NCBI GenBank assembly: GCA_044222065.1
Contig: JBGAOA010000041.1
Coordinates: forward strand, 1 to 37,779
DNA: 37,779 nucleotides
Direction of reading: 5' to 3'
Origin: Candidatus Eiseniibacteriota bacterium
Lineage (GTDB): Bacteria > Eisenbacteria > RBG-16-71-46
Below are positions 1-9,094 of this stretch, one piece after another (position 1 is the stretch's first letter; each line of letters opens with the position of its first letter). The translations under genes were made by a program, and so were the position numbers. The notes below the pieces were generated by a model. That model did no database searches, was not told the DNA's origin, and was given only the letters and a program-made list of their open reading frames with translations.

Positions 1-306
1 ATGCGGGCGTGGAACCACGCGCTCGCGTGGGAGTCGGCGGTGGCGCTCGCGAGCCGCTGGGACGTCGAGCTGCCGCAGTCCGAGGCCATGGTCGGCACGA
101 TGGTGGCGATCCCGCTGCCCGAGCGCTTCGGCACGACCGTGGCCGACGGCCAGCGCCTCAAGGACGCGCTGCTCTACGAGGACGGCATCGAGGCGCAGGT
201 GCACGCGTTCCGCGACCGGCTGTTCTGGCGGCTGTCGGCGCAGGTGTACAACGAGTCGGCCGACGTCGAGCGCGCCGCGCGCGCCCTGGAGCGCCGCGCG
301 CGCTGA
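1..306 (+). CDS. 3' end of a class V aminotransferase-fold PLP enzyme (isopenicillin-N epimerase / cysteine sulfoxide lyase-like); truncated by window start
   Basis: C-terminal pattern MVAIPLP...LKDALL...GIEAQV...WRLSAQVYNESAD is typical of this family; stop TGA 304-306. Confidence 0.7.
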   Translation: MRAWNHALAWESAVALASRWDVELPQSEAMVGTMVAIPLPERFGTTVADGQRLKDALLYEDGIEAQVHAFRDRLFWRLSAQVYNESADVERAARALERRAR

Positions 307-571
307 TCGCGCCCGGCCCCGGCGGGCCGGCGAAATCCCCGCTCGCCCGCCGCGAGTGGAGGCTGCGCCCGGGAAGGCGCCGGTGGCGGTCCGGACGCGC
401 CGGGGGCACCGCCACGCGGGGGGCCACTGCCCGGCCACCGGTCCCGGCCCCCGGAATTGGACGCCGCCCCCGGCCCTCGGGCATCATTCCCGGCCGCACT
501 CGCAGTGGGGAGGCCTTCCGCCGGTCGGCAACCCGCTCCGGAGACCACCCGCAACTCGTAAGGACGTACCG

Positions 572-1129
572 ATGATCGCAGCCACCCAGATCCGCGTGGG
601 CAACCTGATCCTGTACAACGGAAAGCCCCACCGCGTCGCCCAGATGGTGCACCGCACGCCCGGCAACCTCCGCGGCTTCGTGCAGGCCAAGCTGGTCAAC
701 ATCGAGAACGGCTCGAACCAGGAAGTGCGCTTCTCGTCCGAAGACAAGGTCGAGAAGGCCCAGCTCGACGAGCACTCGCTGCAGTTCAGCTACAAGGCGG
801 GCGACGAGTTCCACTTCATGAACACCGACTCGTACGAAATGATGTCGCTCGAGCGCGGCGTGCTCGGCGACTCCGCCGGCTACCTCACCGAAGGCATGGT
901 CATCACGGCCAGCTACTGGCAGGGCAAGGTCGTGGGCATCGAGCCGCCGATGTTCGTGGAGCTCGAAGTCAAGGAGACCACGCCGAACATCAAGGGCGCC
1001 GCGGTGCAGAACACCAGCAAGCCGGCGATCCTCGAGACCGGTCTCGAGATCAAGGTGCCGCCGTACATCGAGTCGGGCAACCGGGTGAAGGTGGACACGC
1101 GCACCGGGGAGTTCGTCGAGCGCGTCTGA
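572..1129 (+). CDS. efp: Translation elongation factor P (non-canonical PGNLR loop)
   Basis: MIAATQIRVGNLI...KPAILETGLEIKVPPYIESGNRVKVDTRTGEFVERV; ATG 572 preceded by AAGGA RBS (ORF-track start 356 is too far upstream). Confidence 0.95.
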   Translation: MIAATQIRVGNLILYNGKPHRVAQMVHRTPGNLRGFVQAKLVNIENGSNQEVRFSSEDKVEKAQLDEHSLQFSYKAGDEFHFMNTDSYEMMSLERGVLGDSAGYLTEGMVITASYWQGKVVGIEPPMFVELEVKETTPNIKGAAVQNTSKPAILETGLEIKVPPYIESGNRVKVDTRTGEFVERV

Positions 1130-1217
1130 CGCGTTCTGCATCCCGCTTCGACCTTCGCCCCGTCGGCCCGCGCCGGCGGGGCGACGTCGTTTCCGGGTGG
1201 CGCGTCGGCGGCGGGGG

Positions 1218-2447
1218 CTACGTCGTGTAGTCCGCGTTCACGCGGATGTACTCGGCGCTGAAGTCGCACGTCCACAGCGTGGCCTCGTCGTGGCCGAGCC
1301 CGAGGTCCAGTCGGATCACGGCCGGATCGCGCTGCAGCAGCGCCGACGCGCGCGCCGCGTCGAACGGCAGCGGCAGGCCGGCGTCCAGCAGCTGCACGTC
1401 GTCGCGGTCGCCGAACCACAGCCGCGTGCGCTCGGGCACGACGGGCTCGCCGCTGTAGCCCGCGGCGGCGAGGATGCGGCCCCAGTTCGGGTCGTTGCCG
1501 TGGATCGCGGTCTTCACCAGCGGCGAGCACGCGATGGCGTCGCCCACGCGGTGCGCCTGCGACTCGCTCGCCGCGCCGGTCACGCGCAGCTCCACCAGGC
1601 GCGTGGCGCCCTCGCCGTCGCGGGCGATCTGCTTCGCGAGCGACGCGCACACCTGTGCGAGCGCCTCGGTGAACGCCGGCTCGTCCTCGTCGCCCACGGA
1701 CGCGCCGGACGCGCCGGACGCGAGCACGAGCACCGTGTCGTTCGTGCTCATGTCGCCGTCCACGCTGATGCGATTGAAGCTCACGCGCACGGCGGCTTGG
1801 ACGGCACGCTGGAGCCGCGCGGGCTCGATGCGCGCGTCGGTCGTCACGACCGCGAGCATCGTCGCCAGGTTCGGGTGGATCATGCCCGCGCCCTTGGCGA
1901 ACCCCGCGATCGTCACTCGGCCCCCCGGAAGCGCGGCGTGCGCGGTCGCGACCTTCGCGCGCGTGTCGGTCGTCGTGATCGCGCGCGCGGCGTCGGCCGG
2001 CGTGCGCAGCGCCGCACCGGAGCGCAGCGCGCGCACGCCCGCCTCGAGCTTCGCGAGGTCCAGGAAGCGTCCGATCACGCCGGTCGAGAGCACGAGCATC
2101 GAGTCTTCGGGGGCGCCGATCGCCATCGCGCCGAGGGCGCGCATGCGGCGTGCGTCCGCGAGCCCGCGTTCGCCCGTGACGGCGTTCGCGCAGCCCGCGT
2201 TCGCGAGCACGCCACGGATCGCGCCGGCGTTCGCGGCGAGCGTCTCGCGATCCACGACGACGGGCGCGGCCTGCACGCGGTTCGTGGTGAACACGCCCGC
2301 GGCCGAGCACGGCGCGTCGCTCCACACGAGCGCCAGGTCCGGCTTGCCGCTCGGCTTCAAGCCGCACGCGGTCGCCGCGCACGCGAAGCCGGGCGCGAGC
2401 GCGAAGCGGGCGAGCGCCTCGTCGGTCGTGATCGCGGGAGCGTTCAA
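1218..2447 (-). CDS. argJ: Bifunctional ornithine acetyltransferase / N-acetylglutamate synthase
   Basis: GVFTTNRVQAAPV, AKGAGMIHPNLATML, DGDMSTNDT, IARDGEGAT, DPNWGRILAAAG and NADYTT C-terminus; TTG start at 2447 overlaps the upstream TGA (TTGA). Confidence 0.95.
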   Translation of the reverse strand: MNAPAITTDEALARFALAPGFACAATACGLKPSGKPDLALVWSDAPCSAAGVFTTNRVQAAPVVVDRETLAANAGAIRGVLANAGCANAVTGERGLADARRMRALGAMAIGAPEDSMLVLSTGVIGRFLDLAKLEAGVRALRSGAALRTPADAARAITTTDTRAKVATAHAALPGGRVTIAGFAKGAGMIHPNLATMLAVVTTDARIEPARLQRAVQAAVRVSFNRISVDGDMSTNDTVLVLASGASGASVGDEDEPAFTEALAQVCASLAKQIARDGEGATRLVELRVTGAASESQAHRVGDAIACSPLVKTAIHGNDPNWGRILAAAGYSGEPVVPERTRLWFGDRDDVQLLDAGLPLPFDAARASALLQRDPAVIRLDLGLGHDEATLWTCDFSAEYIRVNADYTT

Positions 2448-3163
2448 CGCGCAGCGCTCTTCGCCGGACTCTTGAAGCCGAGCGTCGCGTTGAGCCAGCG
2501 CACGAGCGGCAGCATCGCGGCGAAGTGATCCTGCAGCGTGGTGCCGAGCTTCGCGCTCGTCACCTGCGCATCGGTGAGCTTCGTTCCGAGCGTGAACGAC
2601 TGGAGCTTGAGCCACTCGCCCGCCGGGTGATCGCAATCGAAGCCGCGCGGGACGCGCGTCAGCTTCGACTCCTCGCTCAAGGCCCCGAAGCGCCGCTTCA
2701 CGACCGGCGCGAGCACGAGCTTCTCGAACGCTTTCGGGTTCGCGGCGATCGCCGCGCGGAACTTGTTGAGCGCCGGCCGCGGCGGCATCCAGCAGCCGCC
2801 GCCGACGAACGACGCGCCGGGCTGCAGGTGGAAGTACAGGCCCGCGCCGCCGCCATCGGCCTCGCGCCCCACCTTGGACGAGGCGCCTTCGTGGAAGAAC
2901 CAGCACGCGGCGTGCGTCTTGTACGGCGACTTGTCCTTCGCGAAGCGCACGTCGCGGTAGATGCGGAACATCGAGCGCTTCGGATCGCCGACCATCTCGG
3001 GCGCGAAGCGGCGGAAGCGCACGTCCATCTCTTCGATGAGCGCGGCCATCGGGGCCTTCACGTGCGTGTCGTAGTCGTCGCGGTGCGCCTCGAACCAGTC
3101 CTTACGGTTGTTGCGCGCGAGGCCGCGCAGGAAGGCGAGGGAGCGGGCGTCGAAGAAGCTCAT
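2444..3163 (-). CDS. DUF2461 / TIGR02453 family protein
   Basis: FLRGLARNNRKDWFEAHR and FRIYRDVRFAKDKSPYKTH motifs; GGAG RBS upstream. Confidence 0.85.
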   Translation of the reverse strand: MSFFDARSLAFLRGLARNNRKDWFEAHRDDYDTHVKAPMAALIEEMDVRFRRFAPEMVGDPKRSMFRIYRDVRFAKDKSPYKTHAACWFFHEGASSKVGREADGGGAGLYFHLQPGASFVGGGCWMPPRPALNKFRAAIAANPKAFEKLVLAPVVKRRFGALSEESKLTRVPRGFDCDHPAGEWLKLQSFTLGTKLTDAQVTSAKLGTTLQDHFAAMLPLVRWLNATLGFKSPAKSAAR

Positions 3164-3214
3164 GCGATGTCTCCAGCGAGGGCGTGACGCAGGGGCGTTC
3201 GCTCGGGAGCGGGG

Positions 3215-3243
3215 AGACTAGTCGCGCGGGGCGCGGATTTCCA
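3215..3243 (-). promoter_or_regulatory. Candidate sigma70 promoter for DUF2461-argJ
   Basis: TGGAAA-17-TAGTCT on the minus strand. Confidence 0.35.
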
Positions 3244-3264
3244 CGCAGGGCGTGGACCGGCCGA

Positions 3265-3654
3265 TCAGCGCGCGGCGAGCGTCTCGATCCGCACTCGCGC
3301 CGTGCCCGCGGCGAGGAAGCCGAGGTCCCGCGCCGCTCGGCGCGACACGTCGAGAACGCGCCCGCGGGCGAACGGACCGCGGTCCACGATCGTCACGACG
3401 ACGCTCCGTCCGTTGCCGACGTTCGTCACGCGCACGGGCGTTCCGAACGGCAACGTGCGATGCGCGGCGACGAGCGATTCGGGATCGAAGCGCGCGCCGC
3501 TCGCCGTGCGCCGGCCTTCGTGCTCGCCGCCGTACCACGACGCCACGCCGGACTCGTCGGCGAGGCGCGGGGGCGCGAGCGGCCCGCGCGCGGCGGCGCA
3601 GCCGGAGAGGCCGAGCGCGAGGGTTGCGGCGAGCAGGCGGAGCGAGCGCTTCAT
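3265..3654 (-). CDS. rlpA: RlpA-like DPBB lytic transglycosylase lipoprotein (no SPOR domain)
   Basis: Lipobox LSGC; GVASWYG...TASGARF...AAHRTLPFGT...DRGPF...LDVSRRAA. Confidence 0.88.
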   Translation of the reverse strand: MKRSLRLLAATLALGLSGCAAARGPLAPPRLADESGVASWYGGEHEGRRTASGARFDPESLVAAHRTLPFGTPVRVTNVGNGRSVVVTIVDRGPFARGRVLDVSRRAARDLGFLAAGTARVRIETLAAR

Positions 3655-3798
3655 GGGGCTGGCGTCGGCAGCGCGCGGCTCCGACTTCAGCGGCTTTGCG
3701 CTGCCGCCCGCGTCGCCAGTGGGCCATCCCGCCCGATCGTGTCGCGGCCGGCCGGCGGCGTGTGATACTGCGGCCCGCGCCGCGTAAGTGCCCCCGTC

Positions 3799-4350
3799 AT
3801 GTCCACTGGAACCGCCGTGCTCGGACGTCTCCTGCCCTGGGTTCAACCCGTTACCGATGCGGACTGGGACGCGCTGTTCTCCGAACAGCTGCCCCGGGTC
3901 TACAACTACTTCCGCTATCGCGTCGGCGACGGGCCCGTGGCCGAAGACCTGACCTCGGCGACGTTCGAGAAGGCGTGGCAGGCGCGCGGCCGCTACCGTC
4001 GCGACCTCGCCGCGTTCTCGACCTGGTTGATCGTCATCGCCCGCAACGTGGCGACCGACCACTACCGCCGGCAGCGCCCGCACGCGCCGCTCGAGGCGGC
4101 CGAACGGGTTCCCGGGGGCACGACGCCCGAAGCCGACCACCTGAAACGCGCCGACCTCGAACGGCTGTCGCGACTGCTCGGCGATCTCGCCGACCGCGAG
4201 CGCGACATCGTGTCGCTCAAGTACGGCGCGGGACTGACGAACCGGGCGATCGCCCGGCACCTCGGATTGACGGAGTCGAACGTCGGCACGATCGTCCACC
4301 GCACGATCCAGACGCTGCGCGCCGGCTTCGAATCGGAAGGAGCGATGTGA
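3799..4350 (+). CDS. ECF-type RNA polymerase sigma factor
   Basis: Region 2 (AEDLTSATFEKAW...FSTWLIVIARN) and region 4 (RERDIVSLKY...LTNRAIARHLG); TGTGATACT -10-like element at 3761-3769. Confidence 0.9.
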   Translation: MSTGTAVLGRLLPWVQPVTDADWDALFSEQLPRVYNYFRYRVGDGPVAEDLTSATFEKAWQARGRYRRDLAAFSTWLIVIARNVATDHYRRQRPHAPLEAAERVPGGTTPEADHLKRADLERLSRLLGDLADRERDIVSLKYGAGLTNRAIARHLGLTESNVGTIVHRTIQTLRAGFESEGAM

Positions 4351-5309
4351 TGGACGATCGGTTCCTGCACGAGCACCGTCGCGAACCGCGGCCCGAGTTC
4401 GCGCGCTCGCTGCGCGCGCGGCTGCGCGCCCACGAGCGCGACGACGAGGCTCGCGGCTTCCGCCCGGCCTTCGCCGGCGCGTTCGCCGTGATCGCCGTGG
4501 CGGTGGCGTTCCTGTTCCCCTCCGTGCGCGTCTCCGCGCACGCGTTCCTCGAGATGTTCCGCGTGCGCCAGTTCGCGGCCGTGCAGTTCGACGCGAACCG
4601 CATGGAGCAGCTGCGAAAGCTGTACGGCGCGAGCGGCCCCGAGATGGTCTTCGACGATCACCAGGTGCTGCGCGATCCCGGTCCGCCGCAGTTCTACCCG
4701 TCGCTCGAACTCGGCGCGGGCGCCGCGGGCCTCGCGCCGCTGCGGCTCTCGTACCTGCCGCGCGACCTCGCCGCAGATTCCGTGTGGGTGAACGGCGAGG
4801 GCGGCATGCGCCTCACGCTGCACGACGCGAAGCTGCGCGAGACGCTCGACCGCCTCGGGCTCGGAGACGTGCGCGTGCCGTCCGGCTTCGACGGCCAGCC
4901 GATCGAGGTGCGCAAGCCCCCGGTGCTGATCCAGCAGTACCGCGCGGCGCGCGCCCGCGCGACGCTCGTCCAGGCGCGCAATCCCGACGTCGGCCTGCCG
5001 GCGGGCGCGGATCTCGCGGCGCTCGGCGAGGTCGGATTGCGCGTGCTCGGGCTCGACGCGAGCGAGGCGCGCCGCGTCGCGTCGTCCATCGACTGGCGCT
5101 CGACGATCGTCGTGCCCGTGCCGCTCGACGCTTCGTCGTTCCGCGCCGTCACGATCCAGGGCCACGGCGGACTGCTCGTGACGCGCAGCGCGGCGCACGG
5201 CGGCCGCGACGGCTCGCTCGTGATGTGGGCGGACGGCGAGCGCATCTTCGCGGTCGAGACGAACCTCGGAGGACCGGACGCGGTGCAGATGGCCGAGTCG
5301 GTGCGGTAA
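4350..5309 (+). CDS. Putative membrane-anchored anti-sigma factor
   Basis: ATG overlaps the sigma stop (TGATG); short cytoplasmic EPRPEFARSLRARL segment, one TM helix, extracytoplasmic domain. Confidence 0.65.
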   Translation: MDDRFLHEHRREPRPEFARSLRARLRAHERDDEARGFRPAFAGAFAVIAVAVAFLFPSVRVSAHAFLEMFRVRQFAAVQFDANRMEQLRKLYGASGPEMVFDDHQVLRDPGPPQFYPSLELGAGAAGLAPLRLSYLPRDLAADSVWVNGEGGMRLTLHDAKLRETLDRLGLGDVRVPSGFDGQPIEVRKPPVLIQQYRAARARATLVQARNPDVGLPAGADLAALGEVGLRVLGLDASEARRVASSIDWRSTIVVPVPLDASSFRAVTIQGHGGLLVTRSAAHGGRDGSLVMWADGERIFAVETNLGGPDAVQMAESVR

Positions 5310-5318
5310 CGTCGGCGC

Positions 5319-6263
5319 ATGGCCGATTCCGTCGTCGAGACGCGTTCACTTCGCAAGCGCTTCGGCGACAAGCTCGCGGTCGCGGACCTCTCCCTGACGG
5401 TGCGTCGGGGGGAGGTCTTCGGCTTTCTCGGCCCGAACGGCGCCGGCAAGACGACCTCGCTCAAGATGCTGCTCGGCCTGATCCCGCCGACGAGCGGCGC
5501 CGCGACCGTGCTCGGCGCGCCGCTCGGCGATCGCGCGACGCGCGCGCGCGTCGGCTTCCTGCCCGAGCACTTCCGCTTCCAGGACTGGCTCACGGGCCGC
5601 GAACTGCTGCGCTTCCACGGCCGGCTCGTGGGCCTCGGCGGCGCCGCGCTCGAAGCGCGCATCGACGAGCTGCTCGCGCGCGTGGACCTGACCGACGCCG
5701 CGCACCGCGCGGTCGGCACGTACTCGAAGGGCATGACGCAGCGCGTCGGGCTCGCGCAGGCGCTCCTCAACCGGCCCGAGGTCGTGTTCCTCGACGAGCC
5801 GACGTCGGGGCTCGACCCGATCGGCCGCCTGCTCGTGCGCGACGTGATCCGCGAGCTGCGCGCGAACGGCACCGCGGTGTTCCTGAACTCGCACCTGCTC
5901 GGCGAGGTCGAGGCGACGTGCGACCGCGTCGTGTTCGTGAAGCAGGGCCGCTCGATCCACGAGCTGAGCCTGGCCGGGGAGGACTCGGGACTCGACGTCG
6001 AGGTGCGGCTCGATGCGGCCGGCCCCGAACTCCTCTCCGGTCTGGCGCGGTTCGGCGCCGTCGAGCCGATGGCGCCGCGCGACGCGGCCGCCTTGCACGC
6101 CGGCGTCGGGCTGCGCGTGCGCGTCGCCTCCGAGGCGAGCGTGCCCGAACTCGCGCGCTGGCTCGTCGGGCGCGGCGCGGCGCTCTACGGACTCCACCCC
6201 GCGAAGAAGCCGCTCGAGGCGTGGTTCCTCGAGGTCATGGGCGAGGACCAGAGGCCCGGATGA
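5319..6263 (+). CDS. ABC transporter ATP-binding protein (ABC-2 type)
   Basis: GPNGAGKT, YSKGMTQR, FLDEPTSGLDP, NSHLL. Confidence 0.93.
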   Translation: MADSVVETRSLRKRFGDKLAVADLSLTVRRGEVFGFLGPNGAGKTTSLKMLLGLIPPTSGAATVLGAPLGDRATRARVGFLPEHFRFQDWLTGRELLRFHGRLVGLGGAALEARIDELLARVDLTDAAHRAVGTYSKGMTQRVGLAQALLNRPEVVFLDEPTSGLDPIGRLLVRDVIRELRANGTAVFLNSHLLGEVEATCDRVVFVKQGRSIHELSLAGEDSGLDVEVRLDAAGPELLSGLARFGAVEPMAPRDAAALHAGVGLRVRVASEASVPELARWLVGRGAALYGLHPAKKPLEAWFLEVMGEDQRPG

Positions 6264-7096
6264 ACGCCATCGTCACGATCGCCCACCTCACGCTGCACGA
6301 AGCCGCGCGGCGCCGCATCCTGCACGCGGCGCTCGCGGGCGGCCTCGCGTTCCTGCTGCTCTACGCCGTGGGGTTCCACTTCGTCGCCCGCGAGGCGCAG
6401 GGCGGGGGGAAGGCCTCGCTGCTCGAGCAGCGCGTGCTCCTCAACTTCTTCACGCTCGCCGGCTGCTACTGCGCGAACTTCCTCGGACTCATCGCGGCGG
6501 TGCTGCTGCCGCTCGACACGCTGTCCGGCGAGATCGCCTCGGGCGTCATGCAGACGCTGGCCGCGCGGCCGGTACGGCGTTCCGACATCGTGCTCGGCAA
6601 GTGGATCGGGCACGGCCTCGTGGTCTGCGGCTACCTCACGCTGCTGCTCGGCGGCGTGCTCGCGGTCGCGCGGATCGTCGGCCACTTCACGCCGCCCGGC
6701 ATCCTGCAGGGCGTGCCGCTGCTGTTCCTCGAGGCGCTCGTCATGCTGACGCTCTCGATCGCGGGCGGCTCGCGACTCGCGACGGTCACGAACGGCGTCG
6801 TCGCGTTCGGCATGTTCGGCATCGCGTTCCTCGGCGGCTGGATCGAGCAGGTCGGCACGTTCAAGGACAGCGAGGCGACGCGCACGATCGGAACGATCGC
6901 GAGCCTCGTGATGCCCACCGAGGCGCTGTGGCAGCGCGCCGCGCACTTCATGCAGCCGCCGATCATGGCCGAACTCGCGGCGACGCCGTTCTCGCCCGCG
7001 TCGGTGCCGAGCGGCGCGATGGTCGTGTGGGCCGCGGGGTGGATCGCCGTCGTGCTGTCGCTCGCGCTCGCGAGCTTCCGCCGCCGCGGGCTGTGA
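6260..7096 (+). CDS. ABC-2 type permease
   Basis: ATGA overlap; about 6 TM segments; GEIASGVMQTLAARPVRRSDIVLGKW motif. Confidence 0.88.
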   Translation: MNAIVTIAHLTLHEAARRRILHAALAGGLAFLLLYAVGFHFVAREAQGGGKASLLEQRVLLNFFTLAGCYCANFLGLIAAVLLPLDTLSGEIASGVMQTLAARPVRRSDIVLGKWIGHGLVVCGYLTLLLGGVLAVARIVGHFTPPGILQGVPLLFLEALVMLTLSIAGGSRLATVTNGVVAFGMFGIAFLGGWIEQVGTFKDSEATRTIGTIASLVMPTEALWQRAAHFMQPPIMAELAATPFSPASVPSGAMVVWAAGWIAVVLSLALASFRRRGL

Positions 7097-7118
7097 GACG
7101 CGGGGCGGCCGGGCGAGC

Positions 7119-7934
7119 CTAGCGCTTCTTGCGCCGCGGCTCGGGGAACGGCGCGAGCGGGCCCATCGGATTCGCAAACGGCTCGACGGCCGCGAACGGC
7201 ACCGTGAACTCGGTCGGTCCCGACGCGTACGGCGCGACCTCGTAGGCGTTGAAGCGGAACGTGACGCCGTTCGCGACGACGCCGACGTTTCGAGGCGCGC
7301 GGAACGCGCCGTTCTCGAACCAGAAGCCGGCTTCCGCGAGCGAGCTGTCGGGCGGCAGGCCGCGCGCGCGGCGGAAGGCCGGCTCGATCGCGCGCGACAG
7401 CGAATCGAGCGCCTCCGCGCGGAACAGCGCGTCGAAGCCGAGCGTGCGGCCCGTGAACACGTCGAGCACGCGATACGTGACGTTCGAGTTCGGGTGCGCG
7501 CCGCCCGTGAACGCGAACTCCTCGGTGCGCAGCGTCACGAGCCGCAGCGTGTCGCCCGCGACCGACGTGCGGCGCTCGAACGTCCAGGTCGGCTCGCGAC
7601 GGTTCGCCGCGCGCGCGTCCACCCACGCCGCGATGAAGCCCTCGAGCGCCGAGGTCGTGTCCGCGTAGCGGCCGGCGGGGTCGCCCCACGAGCGCGCGAG
7701 CGTGATCTCGCTCACCGCGCGCCGCAGCGAGTCGAGCGCCTCGGGCGTCGGCGCGCCGAGGAAGTCCGGGTACTCGAGCGCGATGCGCGTCGTGTCCTCG
7801 CCGGCGACCGCAAAGCGCATCGCCGCGCGCGGCGACCACGCCGGGTGCGGGATCACCGGCTTGCGGCCGTCGTCCCCGCAGCCCGCGAGCGCGAGCGCGG
7901 CCGCGAGCGCGCAGAACCACGCACGCGCCGTCAC
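7119..7934 (-). CDS. DUF4163/DUF3298 (RsiV/PdaC-like) lipoprotein
   Basis: GTG 7934 overlaps the ricT stop; lipobox LAGC; FTGGAHPN and FNAYEVAPYASG motifs. Confidence 0.8.
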   Translation of the reverse strand: MTARAWFCALAAALALAGCGDDGRKPVIPHPAWSPRAAMRFAVAGEDTTRIALEYPDFLGAPTPEALDSLRRAVSEITLARSWGDPAGRYADTTSALEGFIAAWVDARAANRREPTWTFERRTSVAGDTLRLVTLRTEEFAFTGGAHPNSNVTYRVLDVFTGRTLGFDALFRAEALDSLSRAIEPAFRRARGLPPDSSLAEAGFWFENGAFRAPRNVGVVANGVTFRFNAYEVAPYASGPTEFTVPFAAVEPFANPMGPLAPFPEPRRKKR

Positions 7935-8830
7935 GACGGCTCCGCTCCGCCGTCGGGCTCGCCGCCGCGCTCGCGGCGCTCGCCCTTCGGCTTCTTCTTC
8001 CCGCAGTTGCAGTCGCCGCACTCGTGGTAGGGGCCCGGCGGCAGGTCGGCGAGCGCGATGCGGTGTTCGCCGCCCTCGTCGTCGCGCACCCACACGGCCT
8101 CCGGGAACAGCTCCTGCCGCGTCACGGTCATGAGCCCCTGCCCGGTCTTGAGCACGGTTCCCGCCGGCGGCAGCTTCGTCGCCGCGTCGCGGTACTGCGT
8201 CAGTTCGTACGCGAGGCAGCACATCAGGCGGCCGCAGGCGCCCGAGATCTTCGTCGGGTTGAGCGACAGCTGCTGCTCGCGCGCCATCTTGAGCGTGACC
8301 GGATGGAAGTCCTTGAGCCAGGTCGAGCAGCAGAACGCGCGCCCGCACGGGCCGCAGCCGTCGAGTCGCCGCGCCTGGTCGCGCACGCCGATCTGCCGCA
8401 GTTCGATCCGGCAGCGGAACTTCGCGGCGAGGTCCTTCACGAGTTCGCGGAAGTCCACGCGCTGCTCGGCCGTGAAGTAGAACGTGATGCGCTGTCCGCC
8501 GAAGGCGGCCTCGACGTCGCCGAGTTCCATCTTCAGCTCGCGGACCTCGATGCGCTCCTTGCAGTAGTCGAAGGCGCGCGTCTCGAGTTCGCGGTTGTGG
8601 TCGTCCTGGTCGAGGTCTTCCTCCTCGGCGCGTCGGATGATCTCGCGCGTGACGTTGCCGGGGCGCTTGAGCTCGATGAGCGTCGGGTCCTTGAGGAACA
8701 CCGTGCCGAGCGACTCGCCGTGCTCGGTCTGCACCACGACGCGATCGCGCAGCCGGAGCGGGATGCTGCGCGAGTTGAGGAAGAACTCCCTGCGCGAGCC
8801 GCGCAAGGAGACCTGGATGATCTCCGCCAT
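7931..8830 (-). CDS. ricT: PSP1-domain Fe-S protein RicT/YaaT
   Basis: FYFTAEQRVDFRELVKDLA, RIELRQIGVRD, CGRAFCC, KISGACGRLMCCL. Confidence 0.9.
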   Translation of the reverse strand: MAEIIQVSLRGSRREFFLNSRSIPLRLRDRVVVQTEHGESLGTVFLKDPTLIELKRPGNVTREIIRRAEEEDLDQDDHNRELETRAFDYCKERIEVRELKMELGDVEAAFGGQRITFYFTAEQRVDFRELVKDLAAKFRCRIELRQIGVRDQARRLDGCGPCGRAFCCSTWLKDFHPVTLKMAREQQLSLNPTKISGACGRLMCCLAYELTQYRDAATKLPPAGTVLKTGQGLMTVTRQELFPEAVWVRDDEGGEHRIALADLPPGPYHECGDCNCGKKKPKGERRERGGEPDGGAEPS

Positions 8831-9094
8831 CGCTGCCTCTATCGGGCGGTCGTCCGCCCGTCACGCCGGATCGGGACCGGCGAGGTTTGCGGGTAGGGGC
8901 GTCCGGCCGCGGGGCGTTCCCCGGAGCCGGCTATGAAGTGCGCCGCTTCCGCGCTGCGGGAGGGCGTCGGTCGCGCGGGAGTATAGGACACCGCGGGCGC
9001 CGCGAGTCAGCGCGGCCGCGCCTGGAGTTCCGTCCGAGCGCCCCGAGGGCCGCGTCGGTCGCCCGCGTCTCGCACCCGGGCTTCTCGGCCCGCC

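Noticed and set aside
307..571. Series of hairpins upstream of efp as a possible ncRNA or riboswitch
   Set aside because: Extremely GC-rich; no recognisable tRNA, SRP or riboswitch motif; chance stems are likely.
1157..1180. GC hairpin between convergent efp and argJ as an intrinsic terminator
   Set aside because: No adjacent U-tract on either strand, so it is not supportable as a terminator call.
3808..3830. GGAACC...CGTC resembling an ECF autoregulatory promoter
   Set aside because: The spacer is only 12 nt (about 16-17 expected) and it lies inside the sigma CDS.
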